Below are positions 62,818 to 64,000 of a DNA stretch of 64,000 nt, piece after piece. The position numbers and the translations under genes were made by a program. The stretch comes from Oscillospiraceae bacterium (GTDB taxonomy: Bacteria; Bacillota; Clostridia; Oscillospirales; Ruminococcaceae), in contig SVOZ01000002.1 of the NCBI GenBank assembly GCA_015066115.1, positions 6,246-70,245 on the forward strand. The letters are read 5' to 3'. The notes beneath the pieces are model-generated. The model saw only the letters and a program-made list of their open reading frames with translations. It did not search any database and was not told where the DNA came from. Positions within the stretch are counted from its first letter, which is position 1; the number at the start of each line of letters is the position of its first letter.

Positions 62818-62892
62818 TTTTTTTTCCTTTCTTGGAAGTGTTTTTTGCCTTTTTTATTTTAACAGCGATCTCTCGCTGATTATAAAAGGAAA

Positions 62893-63909
62893 CTAAATCA
62901 GACTATCTTCAAGTTGCATGAAGAAGTCCATTCCCAAATGACCGTCAATAAGGTCATTTGTACATTGCGGATCGTCACCCTCAAGCCAGATGACGACTGT
63001 AAATCTATGTACATCCTGAGGCTCAAACTGCTCTACAAGGCCGTTTTCAACAAGCGAGCCAGACAGGAAAGCCTTGGGCTTTACCCGCCAATATGTAAGA
63101 GAGCCTGATTTTTTAACAACCTCGTACTGTCCCTCAGGGTCGGCCGCAAGCTCATAAAGCGGAGCCTTTACGTAGCCTCTTGTATTATCGTTTTGCAAGG
63201 GGAGCATCTGAGGAGTTCCATCCTCATTTGCCTTTGCATAAAGCGTCATTTTTCCGTCAACAAAAAGCATTATCCATGCCGCCGATGACACATTATTGCT
63301 TTCGGAATTAAGCCTTAGCTGCCAAGACATATTTTGCGCGCTTTCACCATCATTTCTGACATAAAAGGTGTATGCAAAATAGTTGTCGTGGTGCGCTCCG
63401 TCGATTTCGTCTACATTTTCGGGAATGTTCACTATCGAAATGCAGGGAACGGCTTCGGCAGGGGTTGCAAACAGGTGTGAAGTAGGATTTTCAAAGCCGC
63501 GGGTTTCAGAAATAGTAAAACCCTCTCTGAAAAGCTCATCTGACATACTGATGGTAAAATGGCCTCGCAGGTCGGTTATGGCCGAAAGGCCGTAAAGCAT
63601 CAGCATAGCTAAGGCTCCTGCGCCCAAAAGCGCCCACAGGCCTTTGCCGCTAAACAGCCAAATGATAATAGCAAAGCGCCTGTTTTTATCAAAATAAAGG
63701 CCAAGGCTTGAGGCTGTGAGCTCAAATTCCTTTTTGCTCTTTATTCCCATTTCCCGCATTTGTTTGCGGAGCTTTTTTCTGCCTTGTTTTATCTTTATGA
63801 CCTCGTCCTTTGAAAGAACGATGCCCGCTCGCCTCTTTTTAAAGGGTCCGCGTTGTTTTCGCTCGGCGCCTGTTATTTTTGGCTGCTTCTTGTTATTTAA
63901 CTCATCCAT
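62893..63909 (-). CDS. Membrane-anchored cluster paralogue (EGxDxxC subfamily) with a roughly 85-aa basic cytoplasmic N-tail
   Basis: K/R-rich N-terminus, one TM helix (FAIIIWLFSGKGLWALLGAGALAMLMLYGL), an ectodomain with NYFAYTFYVRNDGESAQ, and a C-terminal FTVVIWLEGDDPQCTNDL. It has no TYAWF-type motif. The ATG at 63909 follows AAGGTG. The ORF track extends to 63948. Confidence 0.65.
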   Translation of the reverse strand: MDELNNKKQPKITGAERKQRGPFKKRRAGIVLSKDEVIKIKQGRKKLRKQMREMGIKSKKEFELTASSLGLYFDKNRRFAIIIWLFSGKGLWALLGAGALAMLMLYGLSAITDLRGHFTISMSDELFREGFTISETRGFENPTSHLFATPAEAVPCISIVNIPENVDEIDGAHHDNYFAYTFYVRNDGESAQNMSWQLRLNSESNNVSSAAWIMLFVDGKMTLYAKANEDGTPQMLPLQNDNTRGYVKAPLYELAADPEGQYEVVKKSGSLTYWRVKPKAFLSGSLVENGLVEQFEPQDVHRFTVVIWLEGDDPQCTNDLIDGHLGMDFFMQLEDSLI

Positions 63910-63919
63910 TTTAGGCACC

Positions 63920-64000
63920 TTACAGCTCTTCTCTGGCGAGAATATCAAGAATCATCTCGTCCTCGTCAACAGCAACTCCAACCATTGTTCCCGAATAGCA
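63920..64000 (-). CDS. 3' end of an upstream minus-strand ORF, truncated by the window edge
   Basis: The open frame reads ...CYSGTMVGVAVDEDEMILDILAREEL-stop (TAA at 63922..63920), 10 nt before the next start. Its function cannot be determined from 26 residues. Confidence 0.4.
   Translation of the reverse strand, partial: CYSGTMVGVAVDEDEMILDILAREEL

Noticed and set aside
42323-64000. Sortase-dependent pilus, type IV pilus or Tad-like cluster, or a prophage or conjugative element
   Set aside because: None of the large secreted proteins has an LPXTG- or NPQTN-type sorting signal. There are no prepilin (G/FxxxE) leaders and no PilB/PilT/TadA-type ATPases. I saw no integrase, transposase, capsid, portal or relaxase-like ORFs.

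Overview
This window looks like a Clostridia-type Firmicute chromosome. The clues are sporulation-linked genes, a Na+-translocating decarboxylase, separate GlnRS and GluRS, AGGAGG-type ribosome-binding sites (RBS) and many hairpin terminators.

Positions 1 to about 42.3 kb are ordinary housekeeping. They carry argG-argH with ARG-box-like operators, tex, nnrD, two tRNA-Ala genes followed directly by purC, and thiI plus a cysteine desulfurase next to a NUDIX/DUF523/YgjP trio. They also carry gltX-glnS, gap, a YhaO/YhaN-like pair, a heterodimeric ABC exporter, an oxaloacetate-decarboxylase Na+ pump operon, ACT/UPF0210, a YaaH-like cortex hydrolase and rRNA methyltransferases. Unusual items here are a CinA-sortase B fusion with a Ser/Thr-rich tail, and a low-GC DUF559 endonuclease gene bracketed by structured inverted repeats, with an empty copy of the same palindromic element about 0.5 kb downstream.

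Positions 42.3-64 kb, truncated at the right edge, form one co-directional minus-strand accessory cluster. This is the main candidate for a new system. It encodes seven paralogous secreted or anchored proteins that share a SipW-type signal-peptide motif (TYAWF-(S/T)LS) and a TasA-like C-terminal motif. It also encodes two SipW-type (Ser/His) signal peptidases with extra cytoplasmic coiled-coil tails. Embedded among these, and translationally coupled to them, are a membrane-anchored McrB-like AAA+ NTPase and a nuclease-less partner with a roughly 250-aa charged helix. A 1780-aa giant paralogue, a beta-helix paralogue, a low-GC Lgt-like membrane protein and a BspA-type LRR surface protein complete the cluster. 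I read it as an expanded, NTPase-coupled TasA/SipW-like fibre or appendage system.

No homology search, HMM or structure prediction could be run, so every family call rests on motifs read by eye.
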